64,000 nucleotides of DNA. It comes from Narcine bancroftii (taxonomy: Eukaryota). A model generated the notes under the pieces. It was not told the origin of the DNA. It did no database searches and was given only the letters and a program-made list of their open reading frames with translations. The stretch spans positions 288,982,001 to 289,046,000 of the forward strand of contig NC_091469.1 in the NCBI RefSeq assembly GCF_036971445.1, read 5' to 3'. The position numbers and the translations under genes were made by a program. Below are positions 51,085-63,049 of the stretch, piece after piece (within the stretch, counting starts at the first letter, position 1; every line of letters begins with the position of its first letter).

Positions 51085-53465
51085 AATGTGAGTGAGTGAG
51101 GGTCTGTGTGAGTGAGTGTGGGTCTGTGAGTGTGGGTCTGTGAGTGTGGGTCTGTGAGTGTGGGTCTGTGAGTGTGGGTCTGTGAGTGTGGGTCTGTGAG
51201 TGTGGGTCTGTGAGTGTGGGTCTGTGAGTGTGGGTCTGTGAGTGTGGGTCTGTGAGTGTGGGTCTGTGAGTGTGGGTCTGTGAGTGTGGGTCTGTGAGTG
51301 TGGGTCTGTGAGTGTGGGTCTGTGAGTGTGGGTCTGTGAGTGTGGGTCTGTGAGTGTGGGTCTGTGAGTGTGGGTCTGTGAGTGTGGGTCTGTGAGTGTG
51401 GGTCTGTGAGTGTGGGTCTGTGAGTGTGGGTCTGTGAGTGTGGGTCTGTGAGTGTGGGTCTGTGAGTGTGGGTCTGTGAGTGTGGGTCTGTGAGNNNNNN
51501 NNNNNNNNNNNNNNNNNNNNNNNNNNNNNNNNNNNNNNNNNNNNNNNNNNNNNNNNNNNNNNNNNNNNNNNNNNNNNNNNNNNNNNNNNNNNNNNNNNNN
51601 NNNNNNNNNNNNNNNNNNNNNNNNNNNNNNNNNNNNNNNNNNNNNNTGGGTCCGTGAGTGTGGGTCCGTGAGTGTGGGTCCGTGAGTGTGGGTCCGTGAG
51701 TGTGGGTCCGTGAGAGTGAGTCTATGTGAGTGGATGAGGGTCTGTGTGAGTGAGTGTGAGTGTGTGAGTGAGTGTGGGTCTATGTGAGTGAGTGTGGGAC
51801 TGAGTGAGTGTGGATCTGTGTGTGGGTTTGTATGAGTGGGTAAGGGTCTGTGAGTGTAAGTCTGTGAGTGTGGGTTTATGTGAGTGGGTGAGGGTCTGTG
51901 TGAGTGAGTGTGGGTCTGTGGGTGTGGGTCTGTGGGTGTGGGTCTGTGGGTGTGGGTCTGTGGGTGTGGGTCTGTGGGTGTGGGTCTGTGGGTGTGGGTC
52001 TGTGGGTGTGGGTCTGTGGGTGTGGGTCTGTGGGTGTGGGTCTGTGGGTGTGGGTCTGTGGGTGTGGGTCTGTGGGTGTGGGTCTGTGGGTCAGGGTCCG
52101 TGTGAGTGGGTGAGGGTCCGTGTGAGTGGGTGAGGGTCCGTGTGAGTGGGTGAGGGTCCGTGTGTGTGGGTGAGGGTCCGTGTGTGTGGGTGAGGGTCGG
52201 TGTGAGTGGGTGAGGGTCGGTGTGAGTGGGTGAGGGTCGGTGTGAGTGGGTGAGGGTCGGTGTGAGTGGGTGAGGGTCGGTGTGAGTGGGTCCGTGAGTG
52301 TGGGTCCGTGTGAGTGGGTCCGTGTGAGTGGGTCCGTGTGAGTGGGTCCGTGTGAGTGGGTCGGTGTGAGTGGGTCGGTGTGAGTGGGTCGGTGTGAGTG
52401 GGTCCGTGAGTGTGGGTCCGTGAGTGTGGGTCCGTGAGTGTGGGTCCGTGAGTGTGGGTCCGTGAGTGTGGGTCCGTGAGTGTGGGTCCGTGAGTGTGGG
52501 TCCGTGAGTGTGGGTCCGTGAGTGTGGGTCCGTGAGTGTGGGTCCGTGAGTGTGGGTCCGTGAGTGTGGGTCCGTGAGTGTGGGTCCGTGAGTGTGGGTC
52601 CGTGAGTGTGGGTCCGTGAGTGTGGGTCCGTGAGTGTGGGTCCGTGAGTGTGGGTCCGTGAGTGTGGGTCCGTGAGTGTGGGTCCGTGAGTGTGGGTCCG
52701 TGAGTGTGGGTCCGTGAGTGTGGGTCCGTGAGTGTGGGTCCGTGAGTGTGGGTCCGTGAGTGTGGGTCCGTGAGTGTGGGTCCGTGAGTGTGGGTCCGTG
52801 AGTGTGGGTCCGTGAGTGTGGGTCCGTGAGTGTGGGTGAGGGTCGGTGTGAGTGGGTGAGGGTCCGTGAGTGTGAGTCTATGTGAGTGGTTGAGGGTCCG
52901 TGAGTGTGAGTCTATGTGAGTGGTTGAGGGTCCGTGAGTGTGGTTCTATGTGAGTGGTTGAGGGTCCGTGAGCGTGGGTCTGTGAGTGAGCGTGGGTCTG
53001 TGAGTGAGCGTGGGTCTGTGAGTGAGCGTGGGTCTGTGAGTGAGCGTGGGTCTGTGAGTGGGCGTGGGTCTGTGAGTGGGCGTGGGTCTGTGAGTGGGCG
53101 TGGGTCTGTGAGTGGGCGTGGGTCTGTGTGAGTGGGCGTGGGTCTGTGTGAGTGGGCGTGGGTCTGTGAGTGGGCGTGGGTCTGTGTGAGTGGGCGTGGG
53201 TCTGTGTGAGTGGGCGAGGGTCTGTGTGAGTGGGCGAGGGTCTGTGTGAGTGGGCGAGGGTCTGTGTGAGTGGGCGTGGGTCTGTGTGAGTGGGCGTGGG
53301 TCTGTGTGAGTGGGCGTGGGTCTGTGAGTGTGAGTCTGTGTGAGTGAGTGGGTCTGTGAGTGTCGGTCTGTGTGTGTGTCTAGGTGACTGTGTGTTTGTG
53401 TGAGTGTGTTTGTGCTTGTGTGTGTGAGTGTGCCTATGTGACTGTATATGCTTGTGAGTGAGTGT
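51085..53465 (+). repeat. GT-rich tandem arrays filling spon1 intron 1 (14-mers GTGAGTGTGGGTCT, GTGGGTGTGGGTCT, GTGAGTGTGGGTCC and 16-20-mer variants)
   Basis: Successive homogeneous blocks of related units. Confidence 0.97.
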
Positions 53466-53620
53466 GAACATTAACTCTCCCCTTAATATGAGTGGTCTTG
53501 GGGCTGTGTTGTCTCCCCAAGGTTTCCTGATCCAGTAGGTTGCTGAAACCTGCTGACCATGCAGAGCTGGTGTCAGGGTTTCTGTGCTGATTTGCCCTCC
53601 TCTCCTCCCTCTGGTTTCAG

Positions 53621-53727
53621 TTACCCTCTCCGCCACTGTGCCCTCCTACTTCCGTGGCTTCACCCTTATCTCTCTGCGGGACGGCGAGGACGGACACAGG
53701 GAGGAGGACTACGCAGGCAACTTTCAG
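53621..53727 (+). CDS. spon1: Spondin-1 coding exon 2 (Reeler domain)
   Basis: Polypyrimidine tract plus TTTCAG acceptor; 107 nt, phase 1 to 0. Encodes (V)TLSATVPSYFRGFTLISLRDGEDGHREEDYAGNFQ, matching SPON1 VTLSA.PSYFRGFTLI..EED.AG.FQ. Donor CAG|GTAGAG. Confidence 0.95.
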
Positions 53728-53839
53728 GTAGAGCAACAAGGATCCTTTCCTACTTACTACCACTCTCCCCTCTCTCCTGCTTCTCTCCACTCCTACACCC
53801 CTTCCTATCCCTCTACCTTTACCCACTCCTCCTCTCTCC

Positions 53840-54080
53840 ACCCCCCCACCCTTCCCCCTCCCCGCCTTCCTCTACCCCCTCCCCGCCCTCCTCCACCCCC
53901 CCCTCCCCGCCCTCCCCCACCCCGCCCTCCCCCACCCCGCCCTCCTCCACCCCGCCCTCCCCCACCCCGCCCTCCTCCACCCCCCCTCCCCGCCCTCCTC
54001 CACCCCCCCTCCCCGCCCCCCTCCCCGCCCTCCTCCACCCCCCCTCCCCGCCCTCCTGCACCCCCTCCCCGCCCTCCTCT
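53840..54080. repeat. C-rich repeat (CCCCGCCCTCCTCCAC-like)
   Basis: Source of the spurious poly-Pro and poly-Gly ORFs. Confidence 0.92.
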
Positions 54081-54605
54081 ACCAAAGACTCTGCCTCACT
54101 TTGACTTTTTGTGCACTATTTTTATTTATTTTTGTAAGGTTGTTTATTTGCATGTTAGCTCTGTGACGCTGCTTGAATACATCGAATTTTGTGACTTGTT
54201 CATGACTATAAATTCTGATTCAGATTCCTCCACCCTCTCTCATTCCACCCATACCCCCATCCTCACTCCCTCTCTTCCCTCACTCCTACATTTCCCCATC
54301 CCCATCCTTTCTCTCCTACCTCATTCCCCACCCTGACTCCCCACTGACCACCCTGTCCTCCTTTATCCGCTTATACTCTTCACACCCCTCTGCCTCATAT
54401 TCTTGCCCTCCTCCTCTTTACTCACTTTCCTTATCCTCTTTTCCTATCCCTGCCCACATTCCTCTCTCCCATCTTGCTCTCCTCTCTTGCATCTGCACAT
54501 GACAATATTAAGAATGAAGCTTTCGGTCACTTTTCAGAACAAGTAGATAATTTGTTCGTGAGCTAAAGCTGTAATTATTTCCTGATTATGGCTCAGAGCT
54601 TTATC

Positions 54606-54608
<3 letters not shown>

Positions 54609-54674
<66 letters not shown>
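54609..54674. repeat. (GA)n microsatellite
   Basis: Perfect GA run. Confidence 0.98.
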
Positions 54675-54676
<2 letters not shown>

Positions 54677-55689
54677 CACGTAAAATAAATGAGTGAAGAT
54701 AACTGGATATGTGTCTCTTGCAGTGGTGAGGTAGTGGTGTGTATTAGCTAGTGTGTGTGTGTGTGACTGACTGATAAGGTAACTAAGAGCGTCTCTTCAT
54801 AATCTGCACAGAAAAATTCTTGCAATGAAAATCATTTCAAAATGAAATTTCTAAACTAAAGCCAACCTGTAATCTATGTGCACAATTAACCTATAGATTC
54901 AGCTCTTGAAGCAGCTCCTAGATAGCGAATTTCTGCACGACAGAATTTATATTGAGAGAGATTAAATAGTTTCAGATTGAGCAAATACAAAGCAATAATT
55001 CGACACTGTCTTGATTTAGATCACTTTTCTTCACTCCACACTTCCCATACATTGTTCATCTCACACCACTGGCAGTCTGTCCTTACTGTGTACACACTCA
55101 ACTCAATCAATCTTGTTCATTTCAAATCATCTGCTAATTCTTTTTCAAGAGAATGCATTTCCAATTTCATTGTTATTTATTCTGTTTAATTCAAGGGATT
55201 GGATAATTCAAAAGCAGTTTTAGTACTATAATGACTGAATTATGAGGACTTTAAATGGGGTCAATACTTGTCAGCGTTCGAAACTCTATCTTTTCTAAGT
55301 CCCTTTCTGTGCAGCATGCATACCTTGGTAATTTATCTCCAATCAGGATAAAGATTAAACCTCCCGAAGGGTCTGAAAGTTTTGAGTGATTACAACCCAG
55401 CTCAGTGTTCATTAGTGATAATCGAAACAGTAAAGTACCAATCAGCAATTTGTATGTACAGATATTGTTTATTGTGTAATAAAACAGAGATGTAATATTA
55501 CGCAAAATTGCCTTTAGTCTGCCTAAAGGCAGGCGAAGTTTCACCATTAGAATTAATGTTGGGTTTGGAGTGTGGTCAGTGTATTGAGCCCTGGTCTGGA
55601 TGGGGAACCCCAGCAAAGTTTGTTTTTTTAATTATTTCATGGAACAGAAGAAAAAGCCAGTGTTTATATCCCATCCCTGCTAGCCTCCA

Positions 55690-55960
55690 GAAAGGAGAAG
55701 GGCTTAAGCCCAAAACGTTAGTTCTGTACTTCTATCTTTGCTATATAAAGGCCACCGTTTGACCTGCTGAGTTTCTCTACATGCACAGTGTCTGCAGACT
55801 TTTACTCCAGCCTCTGAATAGATTGCTACGTGATTAAAAACACTGAAATGCTGGAGGAACTGACGATTCGGGCGTGAGCCCTTCCTCAGGGTGTGAAACC
55901 AAATGAGTTCCTCCAGTGTTTTTACTACAATTACAGCATCTGCAGATTTTGGTCTTTTAC
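55690..55960. mobile_element. Two Penelope-terminus-derived fragments
   Basis: gaagggcttaagcccaaaacgtt..gacctgctgagtttctc on +; CCTGAGGAAGGGCTCACGCCCGAATCGTC on - at 55862-55890, between inverted ctggaggaact/agttcctccag arms. Confidence 0.7.
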
Positions 55961-57299
55961 CCCCAGGTTGGTTTGCAAAGCCACTTCAGAGTCCAGTTTT
56001 GACTGGAGCTGATCTCAGGGAACGTGTACATTGCACTGGGTAAGGGCTGATTTGCTCCTTTCTGAACCAATTCAAGATTCTTTTTTATGGTCTTGTAATA
56101 AGACAGGTGTAATATTGCATGAAATTTCCTTTAGTAAAGGCAGATAAAGATTCGCCATCAGCAGAAATTGCCAAGCACTCCTTACAGTCAGAGAAAGAGA
56201 GTCCTTTCAGAGACACTGTGACTCCCAGTGCCCGCAGCTGCACAGATTTCTGTCCAAACCATCCAGAGCCACATCTCCAATATGATAAGGGTCCTTGGCA
56301 CTCTCTTGTATCCCAGTTTCAATACCCAATATCCCTTCAGCCAGTCTCCAGTAGCCCGTCTTCAGCAGCATCTTGAGTCACCAACAAGCCTACCACCTGC
56401 CTGTTCGTCGGCCGCTGAATCCCTCGCTGGTCCACCACCATGGTCACTGTCCCTTAGGGCCATCTCCGCTGCTTCTCCTTCTCAAACTTGGTCTCCATCT
56501 TTTTTGGTGCCCTGTGCCAGTCTGCTGCATCCCCGGGTCTGCAACCCCCTGTCGTCGCTGCAGAATACAGGCACTGCCATCTTGGGCCCTAACCCCGCAG
56601 TCACAGGATTTTAAAATAAGCTACCATCAGCTCCTTTAACAGGCCATTTAAAGCCTGTACAGAACCATCAGTCGTTGGACTGGGTGGAAGAACCCTGCAG
56701 AGGAGCGCTGTGTCTGTGATTTGATGGACATTATCCCTGATTCCTTATCTTATTCTAGATTTATTTAATGCACTCAGCTACCATAATGGGAGTTTGAACT
56801 TCTCATTAGTTCAACCTCTGGATTATTCTCAACTAATTTAATCACTGGGTGTCCAAAATGCTACCAGTCTTGTCTTAATGCATTAAAGGATTTATCTCAG
56901 TATAGGATTACAGGTCAAAAATTGAACTGTTGGAAGAACTCAGCTGGTTAAGCAACATCCATGGGTTGAAATAATGTTATTAATAATAACGTGCTGGAGA
57001 ATTACTCAGGCGCCGACCTGACAAAGGGCACAGGCCTGAAACATCATTTACCCTGTGGATACTGCATGTCCTGCTGAGTTTCTCCAGCACACTTGTGTAT
57101 TGCAGTCAATGGTTCAGGTCAGGACCCTTTATTGAGACCCAGATAGAGGATCCTGACCTGAAATGTTGCCTGACCATTTCTCCACACGGATACTGCCCGA
57201 CCTGCTCAGTCAGATCATTATTTGCTCAAGATTTTGGCATCTATGGTTTCAGTCCTTCTCTGTGGGGTTAGAAGTATTTTTTTTTAAAACCAAAAATAG

Positions 57300-57885
57300 A
57301 CTTTATTCACAATAAATTATTTACAAAAGAAGAATTGTTCAAAGTCTCTTCCCATCCTTAGATTCGTATCCATCACTGTAAGTTGTTGCATTCATTTCTA
57401 TTTATCCCGTTACCTCCACTGTGGCAGCTTGTCGTTACTTCCTCCCATTCCCCCCCTGTTGTTTGAGGAGGTTCCCCTCAGTCTCAATGCCCAGTAACAG
57501 AAGGACTCTAGACCATGGACCTTCCCCACAGTGCCCTCGCATTGGCTGCACCAAGTCTCAGTGCATCCTTCAGCACATACTCCTGTAGCCAGGAGCGCCA
57601 TTCCCGCACCAACATCTCCGTGTGATGAAATACCAACAGGTTTCAGGCAGACCAAAGTGCGTCTTTCACCAAGTTCGTGGTCTTCTAGCAGTTCTGGACC
57701 TCTGGCTCTGTGTGTCCCCAGGAATGGTCTGTAGACCAGAGAGCCCTCTGTCACACTGCTGTTGGGGACAAACCCTGACAAGGACCCTTGCATCCTTCCC
57801 CACATACTTTTAGCGAACCTGGATTCTGCAGAGAGCTGGACGACGGTCTCCACTCCACCACAGACCTCTCAGGGACAACACGCAT
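57300..57885 (-). mobile_element. L1/Tx1-clade LINE 3' fragment
   Basis: Minus strand CP.EVCGGVETVVQL.AE.RFAK.MW..SSVTE.SL.Y (zf-RVT-like C-terminus); AATAAA followed by an A-rich tail. Confidence 0.7.
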
Positions 57886-58554
57886 GGTGGGTGACTAAGG
57901 TAATTGATTTGAGAGAAAGAGGGCAGAATTGAATATTCTAAGTGGCTGGTCAAAGGGAGGAAGTGAGAAAACATTTCTACATGCAAAGGTGGGAAGGACT
58001 TTAAATCCATCCGCCCAAATTCTGTATATCATTAATATAAAAACACAAGAAACAGGAGCAGGAGTCGGCCGTCCGGCTCATCGAGCCTGCTCCGCCATTC
58101 AATGAGATCACTCCGACCTGATGATGGGTTCATCTCCACCCACCTGCCTTTTCCCTCAAATCCCCTACTATATAAAAATCTATCCAACCTTGTTCTTAAA
58201 TATATTTACTGAGGTCACCTCCACTGGACAGCAAATTCCACAGACTTCCCACTCTCTGGGAAAATCAGTTCCTCCTCATCGCTGTCCGAAATCTATACCC
58301 TGAATATTGAGGCAAAATGAACATTCAAAAATTGGGCTTTATTGGAGAGCAGACGTCCAAGGACTGGGACATTAGTGGCTTGGTCGAGTTAAAATTCAGA
58401 TGAGGGATGATTGAACCAATTAGTGGAACAACTGAATAATTTATTCCTCTTTCCATCTCCTTTTCAGCAAAAGGACACGTGGGGGTTTACACCTGCAGAG
58501 GGATTTGTAGAGATGGATAAAGAACTTAAGATATACCTTTAATTGTTGTATGCT

Positions 58555-58798
58555 TTAAATTTAGACATACAACACAGTAACAGGCCCTTTTGACCCATGA
58601 GTCCGTGCCACCCAATTTACACCCCATTAACCTCCACCCTTGGTACGTTTTGAGCAGTGGGAGGAAACCGGAGCCCCTGGGGAAAACCCATGCAGACACA
58701 AAAAGGATGTACAAACTCTTTACAGTCAGCTCCGGATTCGAACCTGATTGCTGGCGCTGTAAAGGCATTGCACTAACCACTACGCCAGCCGTGCCGCT
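58555..58798 (-). mobile_element. V-SINE, full length
   Basis: taaatttagacatac..gggaggaaaccggagccc..ggattcgaacc..gcactaaccactacgccagccgtgccgc. Confidence 0.88.
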
Positions 58799-60470
58799 CA
58801 TGGGGCTCATTCAGCCCTTGAGAGACATTCAGGTTAGCTTGTGATTATTAAAGCTTTCTCTATCTCTCTCTCCTTTCACTATCTTAAGAGAAACTTGCCT
58901 GACTTTGTTTAAGTGGACAGAGTTTCTTGTTTGATGTCCTCAGACAGCAGTTTATTTATCATCTCTAACTATTCTGGGAGGTGGGCAGTGCCTGTAATGC
59001 CCACTGTATATTGCCCATCTCAGGTTGATCTCAGCATAGTGGGTGAGGTACTGCCTCGAAAGGTTATTGTATGGAAGGTAATCCCACACCATTAATAGGT
59101 CAGAGGGTCTTGCATTTGAGCTGAGCTCTCGAGAAGGAAGGGCCACATTAGCTTCAAGGGCCAATAGTGAATTCAATATGAGTTTATTCAGATCAGAAAC
59201 TATTTAGATTTCAGGTTTATTGTCAGAGAACATACATGACATATCCTACCACCCTGAGATACCTTTTCTGCGGGCGCAGAAGAATCACCACTAATTGGTA
59301 GTGCGAAGAAAAACAAGTAAACAAAGAACTGTAAACAGTTAACGAGTGTAACCAAACTGTTCAATACAGAGAGAATGAAAAGAAAATCAGTAAAGTGCAC
59401 AAGTAAGAGTCTTTAAATCAGTCCCTGAGTGAGTTGGTTCGTTGAGGAGTCTGATGGTGGAGGGGGAGCAGCTGTTCCTGAACCTGGTAGTGCGTTATTG
59501 TCTTGTAACAAAACAGAAATGTAATATTATATGAAATTGCCTTTAGTCGGCCATAAGGCAGACAAAGATTTGCCATTAGCATTGGCTGGTGTCGCTTACA
59601 GTCAGAAAAAGAGAGTCCCCCCCAGAGTCACTGAGTGTCCGTGGATTCGCAAGATTCAAGTTCAGTTCAAACTATCAGCAACTCAAACTCCAGATCGTCG
59701 GCATCTTCTTGAATCCCGGTTCCGATATCTGGTTCTCATGAGCTCGTCTCCTGCAGCTTGGAGCCCGTGTGCGAGTCCTTGAGCTCGTCTCCTGCAGCCC
59801 GGAGCCCGTGTGCGAGGCTTTGACCTCGTCTCCTGCAGCCCTGACCCCGTGTGCGAATCCTTGAGCTCGTCTCCCACTGCTTGTGTGGATTCCTCACCCA
59901 CAAGTTGGCAACAGCTGGCAGCCTGTGAGAGTCCTTCAGCCACAGAGCCCCTCACTAGTTGGGCATGATCCTATACACCAGTATGATGCATAAACGCACC
60001 AAACTTCTTACTTGCTGCACCCACACCGATATCTAAGATACATCAACTATAATAGTAATATCAACTGCAAGACTAAATAGAGATAATAAATATCAACAGA
60101 TAATTAAATAATATACCCTCAGATGCAGTTAGTGCCAGGAAAGCAGAGAAAGAAACATTTCAGTAGTGCAGACAGATCTTTCAAGGTTCCAGAGTAATTT
60201 ATGGTTAGGTTCAGGGTAGAATGTGGAGGTTCACTAGCTGTTGGAAAAACACTGTTCTTGAACTGGGAAGTGCTGATCATCAGGCTTCTGTATCTTCTGC
60301 CTGAAGGGAGCAGTTGTGACCAGGGTGATGGGGGTCCTTGATGACGTTGGCTGCCGCCTTGCGGCAGTGCCTCATGTAGATGCTTTCAGTGGCAAGCAGG
60401 TTGGTGCCCGTGATGGACTTGGCTTGGTTTTCCACTTTCATTACTTCTGATAATACTCAGAGAGTATTAT

Positions 60471-60570
60471 CCTGATGAAGGGCTCAGGCCCGAAATGTCA
60501 GCTGCCTTTTACTCCCTATGGATGCTGCGTGGCGTGTGGAGTTTCTCCAGCACCTCTACATGCTGCTGTC
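60471..60570 (+). mobile_element. Penelope-terminus fragment starting with a minimal hammerhead-ribozyme-like motif
   Basis: CTGATGA-A-GGGC-TCAG-GCCC-GAAA-TGTC at 60472-60499, then ggatgctgc..gagtttctccagcac. Confidence 0.7.
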
Positions 60571-62037
60571 ACTCCTATTCCCAACACTTTACTCTCTTCA
60601 CAGACCCATCAACTCCTTCCTCATCCTTTGCCCACACTAAGGGGTACTTCACAGCAGCCAGTTCTCCTAACAGCTTTCCTTTGGGATGTGAGAGGAGCGC
60701 TGTAACCTTGCCGGCGCAGGGAGAACCCAAGTTGGAGTGGAAACCGTGTCTGGGGACTGAGGCATCAGAACTAAGTGCTGTGTGCCCATGGCTATCCAAA
60801 GGAATTGTGGGAGCTGGTCATGATGCTGCTGCCTGTTATCCCTGGTCTTGGAAGATAGAAGGTGCAAACGCGGAAAGCCCAAGATTTGCAGGAGACTGTA
60901 TACAAGTTGCAAGTCTATGTGATAACAGATAACACGGGATGAATTATGCTCTTCAATCTCTTTTAAAGATATAATTACATCTCTGATAATTTGTTAGAAC
61001 AGAGCAGCACAGGAGGAAGCCCTTAAGCCCAGGATATCTGTGCCGAACATGATGCCCAATTTAATCCTTGCTGTGTATGCCCGACACATAATCCTCTGTT
61101 CCCTACATATCCGTGCATCTTTGTAGAACCTTCTCACGTATTGTATGTTTCCACTTTGTGGTTAGCATAACACCATTACAGTGCCAGTGACCCATGTCTG
61201 TATCTGGCGCTGTCTGCAAGGTGTTTGTACGTTCTCCCCATGACTGCGTGGACTACAGATCAGATGCTATTTATTGTCATGTAATGAAACTGTAATGTCA
61301 TATCACACGGAATTGCCTCCGGGTGCTTCAGTTTCCTCCTATGTTCCAAAGACATATGGCGTTAGTAATTGGTCACAGGGGTGCATTTGGGCGGTATGGA
61401 CTCATGGGCCGGAAGGGGCTTTTCCCCATATCTCTTAATTCCCCACGTATATAGAAATCTATCCAACCTTGTCTTAAATATATTTACTGACGTCGCTTGG
61501 GCAACAGATTCCATAGATCTACCACCCTTGGGCAAAAGCAGTTCCTCCTCATCTCCGTCCTAAATCTACTACCACGGATCTTGAGGCTGCGACCCTTTCC
61601 AGCCCACGAGTCCGTGCCATCATGCTGATTCTTTAAATGAAATTAAAAAATATAATTAAACTTCTCCTCACCTAACTGTTCACCTGCTCCAGTGTGAGAT
61701 CCTGCTGTCTTGGGACAGCACGCAGTTTGTGACGTTCGTGCATGGTTGAAGGTCTGGAGATATGCGAGCAGCTGCAGAGTTTTAAAAGAGCAGATCAAGC
61801 AGCATTAGTGGAAGAAAAAGAATGGTCAGCGTTTTTGGCTATAATCCTTTGTCAAGGATCTTGATGCAGGATTTCTCCTGCAGATGCTGCTTGACTTAGC
61901 AGATGGAATTTTTAACTTTGATTTTCCTTTGACTGAGGGCGTGTGCCATGATGTCACTTCAGCGGCTGTATACTTTCTTCTACAAACTTTTATCACTCAC
62001 AAAACTTTGTCTTTCCTCCTCCCCTTGGAATATCTAG

Positions 62038-62171
62038 ATAATTGACCACGAGGACACACAGTTTATGACCAACTGCCCATACGCAGTCACAGAGAGCACG
62101 CCCCGGAGGAGGACGCGGATTCAAGTGTTTTGGACAGCACCGGCTGCTGGTACAGGCTGTGTTGTGTTGAA
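62038..62171 (+). CDS. spon1: Spondin-1 coding exon 3 (Reeler domain)
   Basis: TCTAG acceptor; 134 nt, phase 0 to 2. Encodes IIDHEDTQFMTNCPYAVTESTPRRRTRIQVFWTAPAAGTGCVVL(K), nearly identical to SPON1 TQFM.NCP.AVTESTPRRRTRIQVFW.AP.AGTGCV.LK. Donor AA|GTAAGT. Not in the ORF track. Confidence 0.96.
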
Positions 62172-62289
62172 GTAAGTGATGTTGATGATAAGGGTTTATA
62201 AGACAGTGGAGCAGAAATAGGCTATTCAGCCCATTGAGTCTTCCCTGCCATTTAACCATCTTCCCACTCAGTCCCGCTGTCACCCGGCT

Positions 62290-62496
62290 TTAAACTTAAA
62301 TTTAGACCCACGAGCCCTTGGCGCCCAATTACAGGCGATTAATCTAAAATCTCAGTACATTTTGAATGGTGAGAGGAAACCAGAGTCCCTGAGGGGACAA
62401 CATACAAACTCCTAACAGACAGTGCGATATTTGAATCCCGGTACTGCTGGTTCTGTAATGGTGTTGCACTAACCACTATGCCAACCATGCCGCCCC
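62290..62496 (-). mobile_element. V-SINE inserted in a minus-strand CR1 tail
   Basis: aaatttagac..gaggaaaccagag..gcactaaccactatgccaaccatgccgccc; CR1 sequence on both sides. Confidence 0.8.
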
Positions 62497-62613
62497 TTCT
62501 CCCCATAACCTTTGATGCCCAGGCTAATCAAGAACCTATCAATCACTGCCTTAAATACACCCATTGACCTGGCCTCCACAACTGCCTGTGGCCACAAATT
62601 CAACAGATTCACC

Positions 62614-62973
62614 ACCTTCTTCCCACTCACATCCCACTTTACGTAATCCCTCTGCCATCAGTGCTCTGTGATTAGTAAGGGATTGCTTAAGGTGGGATGT
62701 GAGTGGGAAGGGAAGGTTGAGAATCATTGCTCTAGACCCAATTGCTACTAAAATATTTTGCTTGAGAAAAATTGTCATTGGCCCATTCCTTTGAAGTTCT
62801 GAAACCATGCACATAATGAGTCAATTAGGTATGATTAAAACAGTGGCTTTCAAATCTTTTTCTTTCCACCCAAATACCACCTTAAGCAATCCCTTACTAA
62901 TCACAGAGCACCGATGGCAGAGGGAATACTTAAATTGGGATGTGAGTGGAAAGAAAAAGGTTGAGAACCATTG
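62614..62973. mobile_element. Composite hAT-type element: MITE, 111-bp spacer, MITE
   Basis: MITE A ends ttgagaatcattg (62729); MITE B spans 62841-62973 (cagtggc..gagaaccattg). The spacer is the reverse complement of 5136-5247. Confidence 0.78.
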
Positions 62974-63049
62974 TTCCGGCCAAAGTTGTTCCCTCTTGTC
63001 CTAGACTCTCTCACCATGGGACACAACCTTTCTACATCGACTCTGTCTA

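Noticed and set aside
49198-51095. 625-aa and 491-aa ORFs
   Set aside because: Low-complexity C/T sequence read through N gaps. Only 50808-51009 is real coding sequence.
53728-54336. Proline-rich (formin/extensin-like) extension of exon 2
   Set aside because: Lies after the exon 2 donor in an intronic C-rich repeat; SPON1 homology resumes at 62038.
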